A DNA stretch of 64,000 nucleotides. Origin: Candidatus Melainabacteria bacterium. GTDB taxonomy: Bacteria > Cyanobacteriota > Vampirovibrionia > Vampirovibrionales > JAJTHC01. Location of the stretch: NCBI GenBank assembly GCA_033763415.1, contig JANRKP010000024.1, positions 2,587 through 66,586 on the forward strand. Reading direction: 5' to 3'. Made by a program: the position numbers and the translations under genes. The notes under the pieces are model-generated. The model saw only the letters and a program-made list of their open reading frames with translations. It did no database searches and was not told the DNA's origin. How positions within the stretch are numbered: position 1 is the first letter of the stretch; every line of letters begins with the position of its first letter. Below, in pieces: positions 50,186 through 59,694 of this stretch.

Positions 50186-52159
50186 GGCACCTTCCTCTGT
50201 TTGGTAACGGTAATAGCGGGCATAATGGCCGTTGGCGGCCATGAGGCTAGCATGGCTTCCAGATTCCATCACCCGGCCCTGCTCCAAAAACAGAATGGTA
50301 TCCGCCGATTCGATGGTCGACAAACGATGCGCAATGACAATGGTGGTACGGTCCGCCATCAGCCGTTGCAAGGCCGATTGAATCAACCGTTCCGTGGCGG
50401 GATCCACGGCGGCGGTTGCCTCATCCAGCACCAGTACCGGCGGATTGGCATAAAACGCGCGAGCCAACAACAGTAGCTGGCGTTCGCCATTAGATAAATT
50501 TTTACCGCCTTCCAGCAGCGGGCTATGCAGCCCTTGGGGCAAACGCGCCAGCAAGGGCTGTAGGTTGGCCATACTCACGGCGCGGTTCAGTTTGTCGTCA
50601 TCAGGCGCGTCTTCTCCCAGAGCGATATTTTCGGCCACCGTGGCGGAAAACAACCAATCGCTCTGCTGAAGCACGATCACATGGCGGCGAAGGCTGGCCA
50701 GATCAATCTGGCGCACGTCATGCCCGTGTAGCGTCACCTGGCCAGAGGTTGCATCGTAAAAACGGTTCAGCAACCGAACCAGCGTTGTCTTTCCTGAACC
50801 CGATGGCCCGACCAAAGCCAGTACGCGGCCCATCGACGCAGTTGCCTTCCCCTCCCCCTGGGGCGCTTGCGTTTCTTCGGCATCAGAACGCGGCGCAAAG
50901 GAGAATGATACCGCTGACAACACTGGGTGCGCCGGATCGTCGTAGTAAAACGAAACGTTGTCAAAACGAATCTCGCCAGGGGTCGGGGGCAGTGAAACAG
51001 CCTCTGGCGACTGCGTAATTTCCACAGGCGTTTCCAACAACGCCGAAAGCTTTTCAAAGGAGGACAAGCCCGACTGAATCACCATCGCCTTTTGGCTCAA
51101 GTCTTCCACCGGGTTAAACAACATGGGAATAAATTGAAAAAACGCGACCAACTGCCCGAATGTTAAAGCGGGTAAGGCGCTCACGAGCTGTGCCAAACCA
51201 AGCGGCACCTGCTCTACCGTTGATAAACCCAGCGTTAGTGCACCCACCAGTAGCGTTAACAGCATGGCAATAAAGGTTAGGCACTCCACTGCTGCGGTAT
51301 AGCTCCAGTCAAACACAACCGAACGCAGGTTGGCGTTTCGGCTTTGCTGATTGAGCACGCCCAGACGCTGGGAAGTGGCCGCCTGCTGATGGGTGGTTTG
51401 AATCAAATCCAGACCGTCTAACGATTCCTGTAGGTAGGTGTTTAGGGCAGCCAACCGATGGCGGATGTCATCGTAAGCGCGGCGCGAATGCACGCGAAAA
51501 AACTGCGTAATGAACGCCAGCAGCACCAGCACCAACATCATCAGCGTGGCCAGCACCGGGTGCATAAGCCACATCCCCACGATGGCCCCAACAATAATGG
51601 CCAGATCGCTTAAAATGGAAATGCCGCCCGAAGCCAACATTTCACTGAGGTTTTCCACATCATTGGTCAGGCGCGTCATCAGGCGGCCCAGCGGGGTTTT
51701 ACCATAAAACCGCAAAGAAAGGCGCTGGAGGTGTTCATACAACTGCTGCCGCAGGTTGGTAATAATGCGCGTACCCATTGTTTGCGAGTAGGCCATTTGC
51801 CAATACCGCAGCCAATGCGCCACGGCCAGCAACAACAGCAATAGCAGCACCATCACCAGCAAGCCGGGCCAATCACGCCGCTGAATAGGGCCATCAATTG
51901 CCTGCTGAAGCAAAAAGGGTTGTGCGGCCTGCGTCATAGCCAGTAAGGGCAACATCAACGTCGATAAAAACAGTGCCTTTTTCTCGCGCATAAGCAGCGG
52001 CCAAAGGGCTTTTAACAGAGAAAAATCTCGCTGCCAAGGAGCCAGAGCGGTAAACACCCAGCCACCAAAGCGGGTGTGCTGCACTGTTGCATCCATTGCC
52101 GGGGGGTGTGTCGTCTCGTCTTGCTCTTCATAAGCATCGACGATGGGCGCCTGACTCAT
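50174..52159 (-). CDS. ABC exporter ATP-binding/permease subunit 2 of a heterodimer. Carries the degenerate signature LSNGE and a canonical Walker B (DEAT).
   Basis: TMD plus NBD. Walker A GPSGSGKTT. Signature LSNGERQ. Walker B VLVLDEATAAVD. The ATG at 52159 overlaps the upstream gene stop by 4 bp. Confidence 0.85.
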   Translation of the reverse strand: MSQAPIVDAYEEQDETTHPPAMDATVQHTRFGGWVFTALAPWQRDFSLLKALWPLLMREKKALFLSTLMLPLLAMTQAAQPFLLQQAIDGPIQRRDWPGLLVMVLLLLLLLAVAHWLRYWQMAYSQTMGTRIITNLRQQLYEHLQRLSLRFYGKTPLGRLMTRLTNDVENLSEMLASGGISILSDLAIIVGAIVGMWLMHPVLATLMMLVLVLLAFITQFFRVHSRRAYDDIRHRLAALNTYLQESLDGLDLIQTTHQQAATSQRLGVLNQQSRNANLRSVVFDWSYTAAVECLTFIAMLLTLLVGALTLGLSTVEQVPLGLAQLVSALPALTFGQLVAFFQFIPMLFNPVEDLSQKAMVIQSGLSSFEKLSALLETPVEITQSPEAVSLPPTPGEIRFDNVSFYYDDPAHPVLSAVSFSFAPRSDAEETQAPQGEGKATASMGRVLALVGPSGSGKTTLVRLLNRFYDATSGQVTLHGHDVRQIDLASLRRHVIVLQQSDWLFSATVAENIALGEDAPDDDKLNRAVSMANLQPLLARLPQGLHSPLLEGGKNLSNGERQLLLLARAFYANPPVLVLDEATAAVDPATERLIQSALQRLMADRTTIVIAHRLSTIESADTILFLEQGRVMESGSHASLMAANGHYARYYRYQTEEGALQG

Positions 52160-54324
52160 TCGGAAAACACCTCCGCCGGATCTGCAACCGCCCGTAATTC
52201 CGTGGGTTCGTCCTGGGCACAATCAAACGAATGATCGCACTCCTGAACAAACGCCCGATAGGCAGCCACACCCCCAAGCAGCTCCCGATGGGTGCCTTGG
52301 GCCAAAACTTTGCCCTGGCTGAGGAAAACCACGTGGTCTGCCAGGTGAACCCAGGGCATTCGGTGGCTGGCAAACAGCACCGTTTTGGGCCGAACCGTCT
52401 GAAACCGCCACTGCTGCAACGCATTAATCAGGCGACGCTCTGTATCGGCGTCCACGCTGGCAAAGGGGTCATCTAACAACAACAGGGGGCTATCCCGCAG
52501 CAGGGTTCGCGCCAGGCTTACCCGCTGACGTTGCCCGCCAGACAGACTCAAGCCCCGCTGTCCTACCAGTGTTTCCAACTGTTGGGGCATGCGGTCAATA
52601 TCGGCGCGAAGTTGCGACAGATCGGCCATTGTCTCAACAGCGGCCCCATCAACCTGAGGCGAACCAAAACGCAGGTTTTCCGCCATACTGGCAGAAAACA
52701 GCAGGCTGGATTGCGGCATCAGAGACACCCAGGCGGCCACATCAGCCGCAGGAATATGGGCCAAATCGTGGTTATTTAAAAAAATGCTGCGCTTTGGCAC
52801 AGGGTAGCGCTTGGCAATTAAACGCAACAGGGTAGATTTTCCGGCGCCAACAGGCCCGATCAACGCCACCAGACTGCCCACCGGCACCTGGAATGAAACT
52901 TCATTCAAGACAAGACGCGACGGCTGGTTGTCTTTCAATACCGCCAGGCTTGGCTGTTCCGGGTCTGTGGAGGTGGATTCCGGTTGCAGGGGCTGATACG
53001 TGGGCTCGTAGGCAAACGTCAGCTTTTCCACCGAAACCGCTACGCCTTGCGCCTCGGCCTGCAACATTGCCTCGGAAAAGTGGGTCTCTATCGGCAAAAG
53101 TGCCTGCGAAGGCACGGGCACCTGCAACAACTCCGTCACACGTCCCCAGGCAACCCGGCCCTGCTGAACCAGCGTAACAGCCCAGCCCAAGGACAACGTC
53201 GGCCAGGCCAGCGCTTCCAGGTACAGGGTAAACGCCACAAAATCGGTCCGATGAAACTGCCCAGCCAGTGCCTGTTGCCCACCCACCCACAACACCAGTA
53301 GCAGTCCCAGGCCGGTCACCAAACTCATTAACAAGTACAACCAAATCCGACTGTGGATCAAGGTATGGCTGGCCTGAAAGTAGCGCTCTCCCAACTGTGA
53401 AAAACGCTTCGTCTCCCAAGGCTCTATCGCATAGGACTGAATCACGTGAATAGCAGACAGATTTTCCTGAATTCGGCTGGTTATTTGCCCCAACAGCGCC
53501 TGAACTTGCTGAAACGACGCCTTTACCTGGCGGCTGAGCAATGCAATGGCGGCTAGCGTTATGGGGTAAAGCAGGCCACAAGCCAATGTTAACGGGGCAT
53601 TCAGTTGCCACATGGCGGGCAAAGTGGCGCCGTATGCAAACAGCGTATTGAACACCAACATAATGCCGCCCCCCACCATAAAGCGCACCGCTTTCAAATC
53701 ATTGGTGAGTCTCGACATCACCTCCCCGGTGGAGTTCACGTCATAAAAAGCCGGAGGCAAACACAACAGGCGATCAAATACTTGCTGGCGCAGGGCTGCC
53801 TCCAACCGATGCGCCACCCCCAGCAACAGCATCCGCGAGGCAATTCGCACCAACAGCATCGCAACAATGACACCCAGCATCGGGTATAAATGATCCTGCC
53901 AAAGGGTATGCCAGTATACCAGGGCAGCCCCAGGCTCCAAGGATTCCAAAAGCTGCTTAAAGGCCAGTGGCAGCCAAGTCCTCAGTACATTCGTCATCGC
54001 CAGCATCAGCAGGCCCAAAACCAACCAATGCCAATCGCCTAACAGTCGGGTTACTAGCAGCCTCCAGCTTTGCTCAGGTGGGCCAGTAGGCTTCTGTGAC
54101 GAAACACGCCAAGTGCTTAACGGTGTACTCAAGGGCGCACGTCCCAGGCGAAACGCTTGCACGCATCGCCGTGCCCAACAGAAAAGGAAGAAAAACGAGT
54201 CACAAAGCCGCCACTTGATTCGCTTAGAACCACAACTATATTGTAGACTATGACAACTGCCTGCCAATGCCAAGAGCCAGACGGCTACACAGGCATATTG
54301 TAAAGGTTTTGCTGCCCTTATCAT
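52156..54324 (-). CDS. ABC exporter ATP-binding/permease subunit 1 of a heterodimer. Canonical LSGGQ, but Walker B has LLLDD instead of DE. The 5' end is probably shorter than the ORF.
   Basis: Walker A GPVGAGKST. Signature LSGGQRQRVSLAR. Walker B LLLLDDPFASVD. Confidence 0.85.
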   Translation of the reverse strand: MIRAAKPLQYACVAVWLLALAGSCHSLQYSCGSKRIKWRLCDSFFFLFCWARRCVQAFRLGRAPLSTPLSTWRVSSQKPTGPPEQSWRLLVTRLLGDWHWLVLGLLMLAMTNVLRTWLPLAFKQLLESLEPGAALVYWHTLWQDHLYPMLGVIVAMLLVRIASRMLLLGVAHRLEAALRQQVFDRLLCLPPAFYDVNSTGEVMSRLTNDLKAVRFMVGGGIMLVFNTLFAYGATLPAMWQLNAPLTLACGLLYPITLAAIALLSRQVKASFQQVQALLGQITSRIQENLSAIHVIQSYAIEPWETKRFSQLGERYFQASHTLIHSRIWLYLLMSLVTGLGLLLVLWVGGQQALAGQFHRTDFVAFTLYLEALAWPTLSLGWAVTLVQQGRVAWGRVTELLQVPVPSQALLPIETHFSEAMLQAEAQGVAVSVEKLTFAYEPTYQPLQPESTSTDPEQPSLAVLKDNQPSRLVLNEVSFQVPVGSLVALIGPVGAGKSTLLRLIAKRYPVPKRSIFLNNHDLAHIPAADVAAWVSLMPQSSLLFSASMAENLRFGSPQVDGAAVETMADLSQLRADIDRMPQQLETLVGQRGLSLSGGQRQRVSLARTLLRDSPLLLLDDPFASVDADTERRLINALQQWRFQTVRPKTVLFASHRMPWVHLADHVVFLSQGKVLAQGTHRELLGGVAAYRAFVQECDHSFDCAQDEPTELRAVADPAEVFSE

Positions 54325-54426
54325 AAAAAAGTTCGTTCATAAAAGTTCGTTTGACTTTTCAACACCCTTGCGCGATAAGTAACAGAAAATAAAAAATAAA
54401 ATTCAGTTTTTTTATTCAATAATTTT

Positions 54427-54501
54427 GGGCGGTTAGCGCAGTGGTAGCGCACCACATTGACATTGTGGTGGTCACAGGTTCGAATCCCGTACCGCCCACC
54501 A
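54427..54501 (+). tRNA. tRNA-Val (anticodon GAC)
   Basis: Cloverleaf folded by hand. Acceptor GGGCGGT/ACCGCCC. D arm GCGC-AGTGGTA-GCGC. Anticodon stem CCACA/TGTGG with loop TTGACAT, giving anticodon GAC. T loop TTCGAAT. 3' ACCA. Confidence 0.85.
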
Positions 54502-54516
54502 TTTTTTTAAAAGAAA

Positions 54517-54551
54517 AAAGCAGCGATTGGAACCACCAGTCGCTTTTTTAC
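54517..54551 (+). terminator. Rho-independent terminator after tRNA-Val
   Basis: agcgattgg-aacca-ccagtcgct hairpin (9 bp, one G-T wobble) followed by tttttt. Confidence 0.55.
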
Positions 54552-54599
54552 TATTGAAGAAACCCCAAATATGGCCACAGAGCAAACGTAATAACGAGC

Positions 54600-55040
54600 G
54601 TGACATCCAGTTGGCAAGGAAAATATATCTTTACAATCCAAAGATGCAGCCAACCTTTATGTTACAAAGCAACAAAGGTTGGAAGCCTCCCCTCTACAAG
54701 GTGTTTTCCATTGTCTCCTATTTACGAAGTTGTGACCGGGCAAATCTTGCTTTCTAAACGAAGCGAGTTCTTTAGGCTCCACAGCGAAATGCTCCTTCCA
54801 ATGATGAAAGAAGTGGGGATTCGCCCGCTCGCTTTGCTCATTACGGAAATTGGCCATTATGGTAAATTCCTGGATATTTACATTTACAGTAGTTTGGCCG
54901 ATTACGAACAAAAAACGAACCAACTGCTCCAGGATCCCAGAATGGCTCCCTATTATGCGGCGGTGGGCCAATGTATTGCAGGCTCCATCCAAGTAGAAAT
55001 TATGGCGGATCTCCCCTATGCCAAACACTGGGTTGACTAA
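54600..55040 (+). CDS. NIPSNAP-family (Dabb-like stress-responsive dimeric alpha/beta barrel) protein. Likely TTG start at 54711 with an aaggtg RBS.
   Basis: IYEVVTGQI...ITEIGHYGKFLDIYIYSSLADYEQKTNQLLQDPRMAPYYAAV matches the NIPSNAP pattern (IYElRtY.lkpg..., iW.y.sladre......dp.w). Confidence 0.55.
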   Translation: MTSSWQGKYIFTIQRCSQPLCYKATKVGSLPSTRCFPLSPIYEVVTGQILLSKRSEFFRLHSEMLLPMMKEVGIRPLALLITEIGHYGKFLDIYIYSSLADYEQKTNQLLQDPRMAPYYAAVGQCIAGSIQVEIMADLPYAKHWVD

Positions 55041-56142
55041 AACCTGGACAGGCCGCATCCACTATTTTACGGGCGGCACGGTTGCAGAACCAAAGCAAAT
55101 TACTTACACAGCAGAGCGTTGGCATCGGTCCCTGTTTATTAAACAGCGTTTATTGGCGGCCTACGGGGTTAATGCGCAGGCAAAAGTTTTGGTGTGTTAT
55201 CCTTTTTCCCCTTGGTCAATTGGTTCGATTTTTACTGAGGCCAGTTTGTATTGCGGCGCGGAAGTTCTCCCTCTGGGCAATCATTCTACGCAAGCGGGAA
55301 TGATTGAGTCGATTCTGAGTTTTCAGCCTACCCATATTTGCTCCACTGCCCGAAATCTAATTTACCTGGCGCATCGCCTCAAAGCACTTTCGCCCAAAAA
55401 CTGGCGGCCCGAATTTACCACTGCATTTGTGGCGGGCGAAGTGTTAAAACAGCCTGTGAGAGAAAAAGCGTCTAGTTTATGGCAGGCTCAAATCGTCAAT
55501 GTCTATGGTATGGCCGAATTTGACATGCTGGGAAGCGAGCTTCCTGACCTGCCCAATACGCTATCTCTCGTGCCTGAATTTGACTACGCCATACGAGAGC
55601 TCGCATCTTCTGAGGAAAGCCTACTGGAATCCAATTACATTCCATTGGAATTGGGCATTCAGGGAGAACTGATGGTTAAAGAACGCGGCAGTTCTCAGTG
55701 GTATGCAACCGCAGATCACATTCAGGTTGTCGGCCAAACGCCCTCTCTATGGATGGAGCAGAGCAATTTGGTTCAGATTCAGGTCTTGGGCCGAATGAAC
55801 GAAAGTGTTTCTTTAGCCGATGGAACGAAAATTATTGGCGCACAGGTCGATAAAGTGTTGCTGGATCATCCAGATTTGAATCACGTGCAGGTGACGGTCA
55901 ATAAGTCGAAAAATGGCGAAAGTATTCATATTGACTGCGTTCCAAAAACGGAGCGGCAGTTACCAGACCGTCAAAAAATAAGGCAGAGCCTGCTAAAATA
56001 CAATATTGATTTGGTTGACAGTGTTCGCTCTGGCTATATTTCAAAAATTGATGTCCGCTTTATTCAAGAGGCAGAGTTACAACGTTCTATTCGAGGAAAA
56101 ATTCCACGGCTCCTGGAGGTCTGCCCCTATGAATCTGTATAA
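55018..56142 (+). CDS. ANL-superfamily adenylate-forming enzyme, phenylacetate-CoA ligase (PaaK) / coenzyme F390 synthetase-like, N-terminally short
   Basis: P-loop-like TGGTVAEPKQITYTAER near the N-terminus (compare PaaK SGTTGKPTVV.YT). A VYGMAEF adenylation-core motif. Overlaps the downstream radical SAM gene by 14 bp. Confidence 0.5.
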   Translation: MPNTGLTKTWTGRIHYFTGGTVAEPKQITYTAERWHRSLFIKQRLLAAYGVNAQAKVLVCYPFSPWSIGSIFTEASLYCGAEVLPLGNHSTQAGMIESILSFQPTHICSTARNLIYLAHRLKALSPKNWRPEFTTAFVAGEVLKQPVREKASSLWQAQIVNVYGMAEFDMLGSELPDLPNTLSLVPEFDYAIRELASSEESLLESNYIPLELGIQGELMVKERGSSQWYATADHIQVVGQTPSLWMEQSNLVQIQVLGRMNESVSLADGTKIIGAQVDKVLLDHPDLNHVQVTVNKSKNGESIHIDCVPKTERQLPDRQKIRQSLLKYNIDLVDSVRSGYISKIDVRFIQEAELQRSIRGKIPRLLEVCPYESV

Positions 56143-57466
56143 TCAGCTTGTCACACACCCTCATTTTGAACAGCGTCCAATTGATTACATTCGCTGGTAC
56201 CCCAAGGCATTGACTCCCAGTGAAACATTGACATTCGATCACACTCCTGCCACAGGAAAGATAGAAGGCATCTACATACACGTGCCTTTTTGCGATCAGC
56301 TGTGTCATTTTTGCCCGTACAACAAGCGTACTTCCGATTTAACATTAATTGAATCTTATGTGGACGCATTAATCACAGAGATTCGCTTATATCAAGAAAA
56401 AATAGACATCTCCGAATTAAATTTTATTTATTTCGGGGGTGGAACTCCCAGTGTTTTAAGCCCATCTCAAGTAGAAAAAATATTAGCCTCCATTCAAAAC
56501 TGGAAAAATATCTCACCCAAAACAGAGATTACATTCGAGTCTCATCCCTCTCATTTAACAGTCCCTTACCTCAAGAATTTAAAGCAACTCGGAATTAACC
56601 GAATCAGCTCTGGAATTCAAGCCTTTGACGACAAACTATTACGCCAGATGGGAGCCAATCATACACCTTCCCAAGCCTTTTCTGCGATTGAGGCAAGCGC
56701 AACCGTGATGGGGCACATTGCGATTGATTTACTTTACCGATGTGAGGGGCAATCCACAGAACATTGGATGGCACAATTGAAACAGGCGACAGAATTACCC
56801 GGTGTCACCCACCTTAGTTGTTACAGCCTGGTTTTAGATGATGAATCTAAACAACCTTCCCGCCTGGAAGAAGCCAAAATGATGACCGAGATGCTGGACT
56901 ATCTTTCCAGCCTAAATTACACGCATTATGCGTCGTGCGCTAGTGGTGGATTCGATTTCACGCAAGCTGGCTACCAAAGCATTTACGAAACGCGCCATTG
57001 GGAAGCGCCACAAGCGTCTTTTGTAGGGCTGGGACCAGGCGCGCTGGGCTATGTCGGTCATTACACAACCGTGAACGGACTCGACGTCAATCGATACATT
57101 CAGAAGCTCTCTGAAAAAAAGTTACCCATTGTTTCAGCCACATTAGCAGATGAAGTTGAACAGATGAGACGTTATTTTGTACTGGGTGTCAAAACGCTTC
57201 AAGTCCCATTAACCCCGTTCCAACAACAATTTAACCAAGACCCCGCTATTATTTTCAAACAAGAATTCGAACAGCTTCTCCGCTTGGGCTATGCAACTGT
57301 TGATGCAGACTTTTTAAAGTTAACTGCACTGGGACGCCTTTTTGTGGACAGCATTTCCGCTATATTTTTTAGCGCAACGCAGCGAGACATTCCTCACCCC
57401 GAAGAGCCGGAAATTCGCGCAGCAGAGCTGGCAGTTTCTCGAATACCAGTTTTAAGTTCACGTTAA
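56129..57466 (+). CDS. HemN/HemW-like radical SAM enzyme (coproporphyrinogen-III oxidase family, class C)
   Basis: CxxxCxxC radical SAM cluster motif FCDQLCHFC. The YFGGGTPS motif typical of the HemN family. Confidence 0.8.
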   Translation: MNLYNQLVTHPHFEQRPIDYIRWYPKALTPSETLTFDHTPATGKIEGIYIHVPFCDQLCHFCPYNKRTSDLTLIESYVDALITEIRLYQEKIDISELNFIYFGGGTPSVLSPSQVEKILASIQNWKNISPKTEITFESHPSHLTVPYLKNLKQLGINRISSGIQAFDDKLLRQMGANHTPSQAFSAIEASATVMGHIAIDLLYRCEGQSTEHWMAQLKQATELPGVTHLSCYSLVLDDESKQPSRLEEAKMMTEMLDYLSSLNYTHYASCASGGFDFTQAGYQSIYETRHWEAPQASFVGLGPGALGYVGHYTTVNGLDVNRYIQKLSEKKLPIVSATLADEVEQMRRYFVLGVKTLQVPLTPFQQQFNQDPAIIFKQEFEQLLRLGYATVDADFLKLTALGRLFVDSISAIFFSATQRDIPHPEEPEIRAAELAVSRIPVLSSR

Positions 57467-57496
57467 TCATTTTCTATCAAGGAGCAATACAACATT

Positions 57497-58690
57497 ATGG
57501 GCAGCCTTTTTACAAAATTAGCACTTACAGGAATAACTCAACTAACACCAATGACGGGTCTTCCTGGAGAATTAATTAGTACAAAACCAGTTCTTGAAGC
57601 AAACCGTCAGGAAGTCGTTTCTGAAGCCTCAATCAGCCCCTCTGCCGATGCATTGAGAACTGCCGTATTGGGCGTTGCAGAAGCAAAAGCAGATTCTTCC
57701 AACTTGCCGTGTGCGAGCACGGATCATCCAGCCTATTGTCCAATTGGAGTTGCTGCGTTAGCTGCGGAATTTCAGCTTTTGCAACAGCAGCAAGGATTGG
57801 GAGAGGGCGGCATGGTGTCATCTAACAGTCACACTGTAAAAGCAGGACTGCAAGGAATTGAAAATTACGGAAAAGCCGTGCTATCCGGCGATCAAATCCC
57901 GCTGGTTCACAAAGCATTTGAAAATTTAGAAAATAAAATTGAATACGAACTCGATGAATACGTCTCCAGACTTTACAACGTACCAACCTGGGCGCCTATG
58001 TTAATTCGGTTTATGTATGATCTTCATCTAGATGAAGCTTACGAAACAGAAGACCCAATGGCTGCGGTATTTGGCAGTGCAGCTATTCCATTACAAAATT
58101 TCTGGAATTACCTCACATTGCTAGACTTTGATAGCTGGTACAAAATTCGTATGGAAGCCTATACTGACGAATTTATAGATTTCAAAACATATACCATGCA
58201 AGAAGCACGTATGATGGCTCATTGCTATCAATCGTTAAACGCTGAAAGCCTTCAAGCTGCACAATTTATTAGCAGAGATGTTGCCTGTCAAACTGCGTGG
58301 AAAGCCGTTGCTAACCACACTGAAGAACACGAACTAAAAGAAAATCCTGAATTTAACGCCTATTGGGCAGGTTCCATCAGCGACGTAGCCAGACGTGCCG
58401 CTATGGAAATCGTCGCTCTTGCCAACGGATACGCAGACATCGATCAAAGCTGCTTAAGGCTATTAAAAGTAACTTTTGAAGAGCTCAATATTAATTACCA
58501 TCAAGACATTCCTGCTGACAAACAGTGCTTTGATGCAAAGCAGTTTTTTGATGTCATGGCTGCAGGCTCTCACTTGGTGCATCTAACCCAAAGTGCAGAT
58601 GCAAGAGACATGCGCGGCCTGACTTTTTTAGACGGCTTTGGTATTGGCAAAAATACGCAGGAAAGTACCTCTCAAGCACCTCGCCATTAA
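57497..58690 (+). CDS. hypothetical protein (397 aa), orphan in the island
   Basis: Intact ORF with a strong aaggag RBS. No known domain recognized. Confidence 0.45.
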   Translation: MGSLFTKLALTGITQLTPMTGLPGELISTKPVLEANRQEVVSEASISPSADALRTAVLGVAEAKADSSNLPCASTDHPAYCPIGVAALAAEFQLLQQQQGLGEGGMVSSNSHTVKAGLQGIENYGKAVLSGDQIPLVHKAFENLENKIEYELDEYVSRLYNVPTWAPMLIRFMYDLHLDEAYETEDPMAAVFGSAAIPLQNFWNYLTLLDFDSWYKIRMEAYTDEFIDFKTYTMQEARMMAHCYQSLNAESLQAAQFISRDVACQTAWKAVANHTEEHELKENPEFNAYWAGSISDVARRAAMEIVALANGYADIDQSCLRLLKVTFEELNINYHQDIPADKQCFDAKQFFDVMAAGSHLVHLTQSADARDMRGLTFLDGFGIGKNTQESTSQAPRH

Positions 58691-58742
58691 ATTTTTGAAC
58701 ACTTAAGTCCATTCCGTTCGCACGAAGGATGATCTAAATTCA

Positions 58743-59693
58743 ATGTCTAACATCCACACAGAAAATCCTAAATTCCCGGAAATTGTTCGTTTTCCGAGCA
58801 ATATATTGCTTGAACTCAACAAAAAAACACCTATTCGAAATATTTTACACATTTTATTTTGTACAGGGTTGTTTATATTACTTGGTCTGTTCAACACGCA
58901 ATACGTTCCGTGGTATTTATGGCCTTTATTGTGGCTCTTCCAAGGTTTTATGATGGTAGGCTATTTAAGCATAAGCCACGATGGCGCTCACTTTAGCTTA
59001 TTTCATCGTCCTTGGCAAAATTTGCTGTGTGGCAGACTTTGTTCACTGGTCATCCTTCAGTGCTTTTCGGTATATCGGGCCTATCATATGGAACATCACG
59101 CGCATACGGCAACAGATAAAGATACAGAACCTCGCGGAGAATTTGAAGATCTGAAAGATTATTTGTTATGTCTGAGTGGAATTCAATTTGCGCTTGACAT
59201 ATCTCTTACAGGGTGGGATACCTTGCGAGGAAAATATGCCGACTACCTAAAAACGCCTGGTGATCGCTCTGCCGCCAAGCAAGATACACTAGCATTAATT
59301 GCCTGGTTATTTTTAATGCTAATGTTCACATGGCAGGCGCCACAATTAACTCTCAATTTATACTGGGGGCCAATACTGTTTTATTTTCCAGCCGTTATTT
59401 ATTCCGGTCTTTTAGAACATTACGGCTGCGAGGAGTCAATTAATCCTCTAACAAATACCCGAAGTGTTCGTCCAGGAAGAATTTTTAATTTCTTTGACTG
59501 GAATGCAGGCTATCACGCAGAGCACCATTTATTCCCCGCAATGCCCTCAAGAAGCTATCCAAAAGTTGCCTCGATTTTAGGTAGCAGTCTTAAATACATA
59601 GAAACCTCTTATTTTCAGTTTCATTGGCGCTTAATACAACAATTACTAAACAAAAAACAAGCTCACAGAAATTTAACAGGAGCAATCAGCTAA
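58743..59693 (+). CDS. Membrane fatty-acid desaturase/hydroxylase superfamily protein (three His boxes)
   Basis: His boxes HDGAH, HMEHH and HAEHH, with hydrophobic helices between them. Confidence 0.7.
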   Translation: MSNIHTENPKFPEIVRFPSNILLELNKKTPIRNILHILFCTGLFILLGLFNTQYVPWYLWPLLWLFQGFMMVGYLSISHDGAHFSLFHRPWQNLLCGRLCSLVILQCFSVYRAYHMEHHAHTATDKDTEPRGEFEDLKDYLLCLSGIQFALDISLTGWDTLRGKYADYLKTPGDRSAAKQDTLALIAWLFLMLMFTWQAPQLTLNLYWGPILFYFPAVIYSGLLEHYGCEESINPLTNTRSVRPGRIFNFFDWNAGYHAEHHLFPAMPSRSYPKVASILGSSLKYIETSYFQFHWRLIQQLLNKKQAHRNLTGAIS

Positions 59694-59694
59694 C

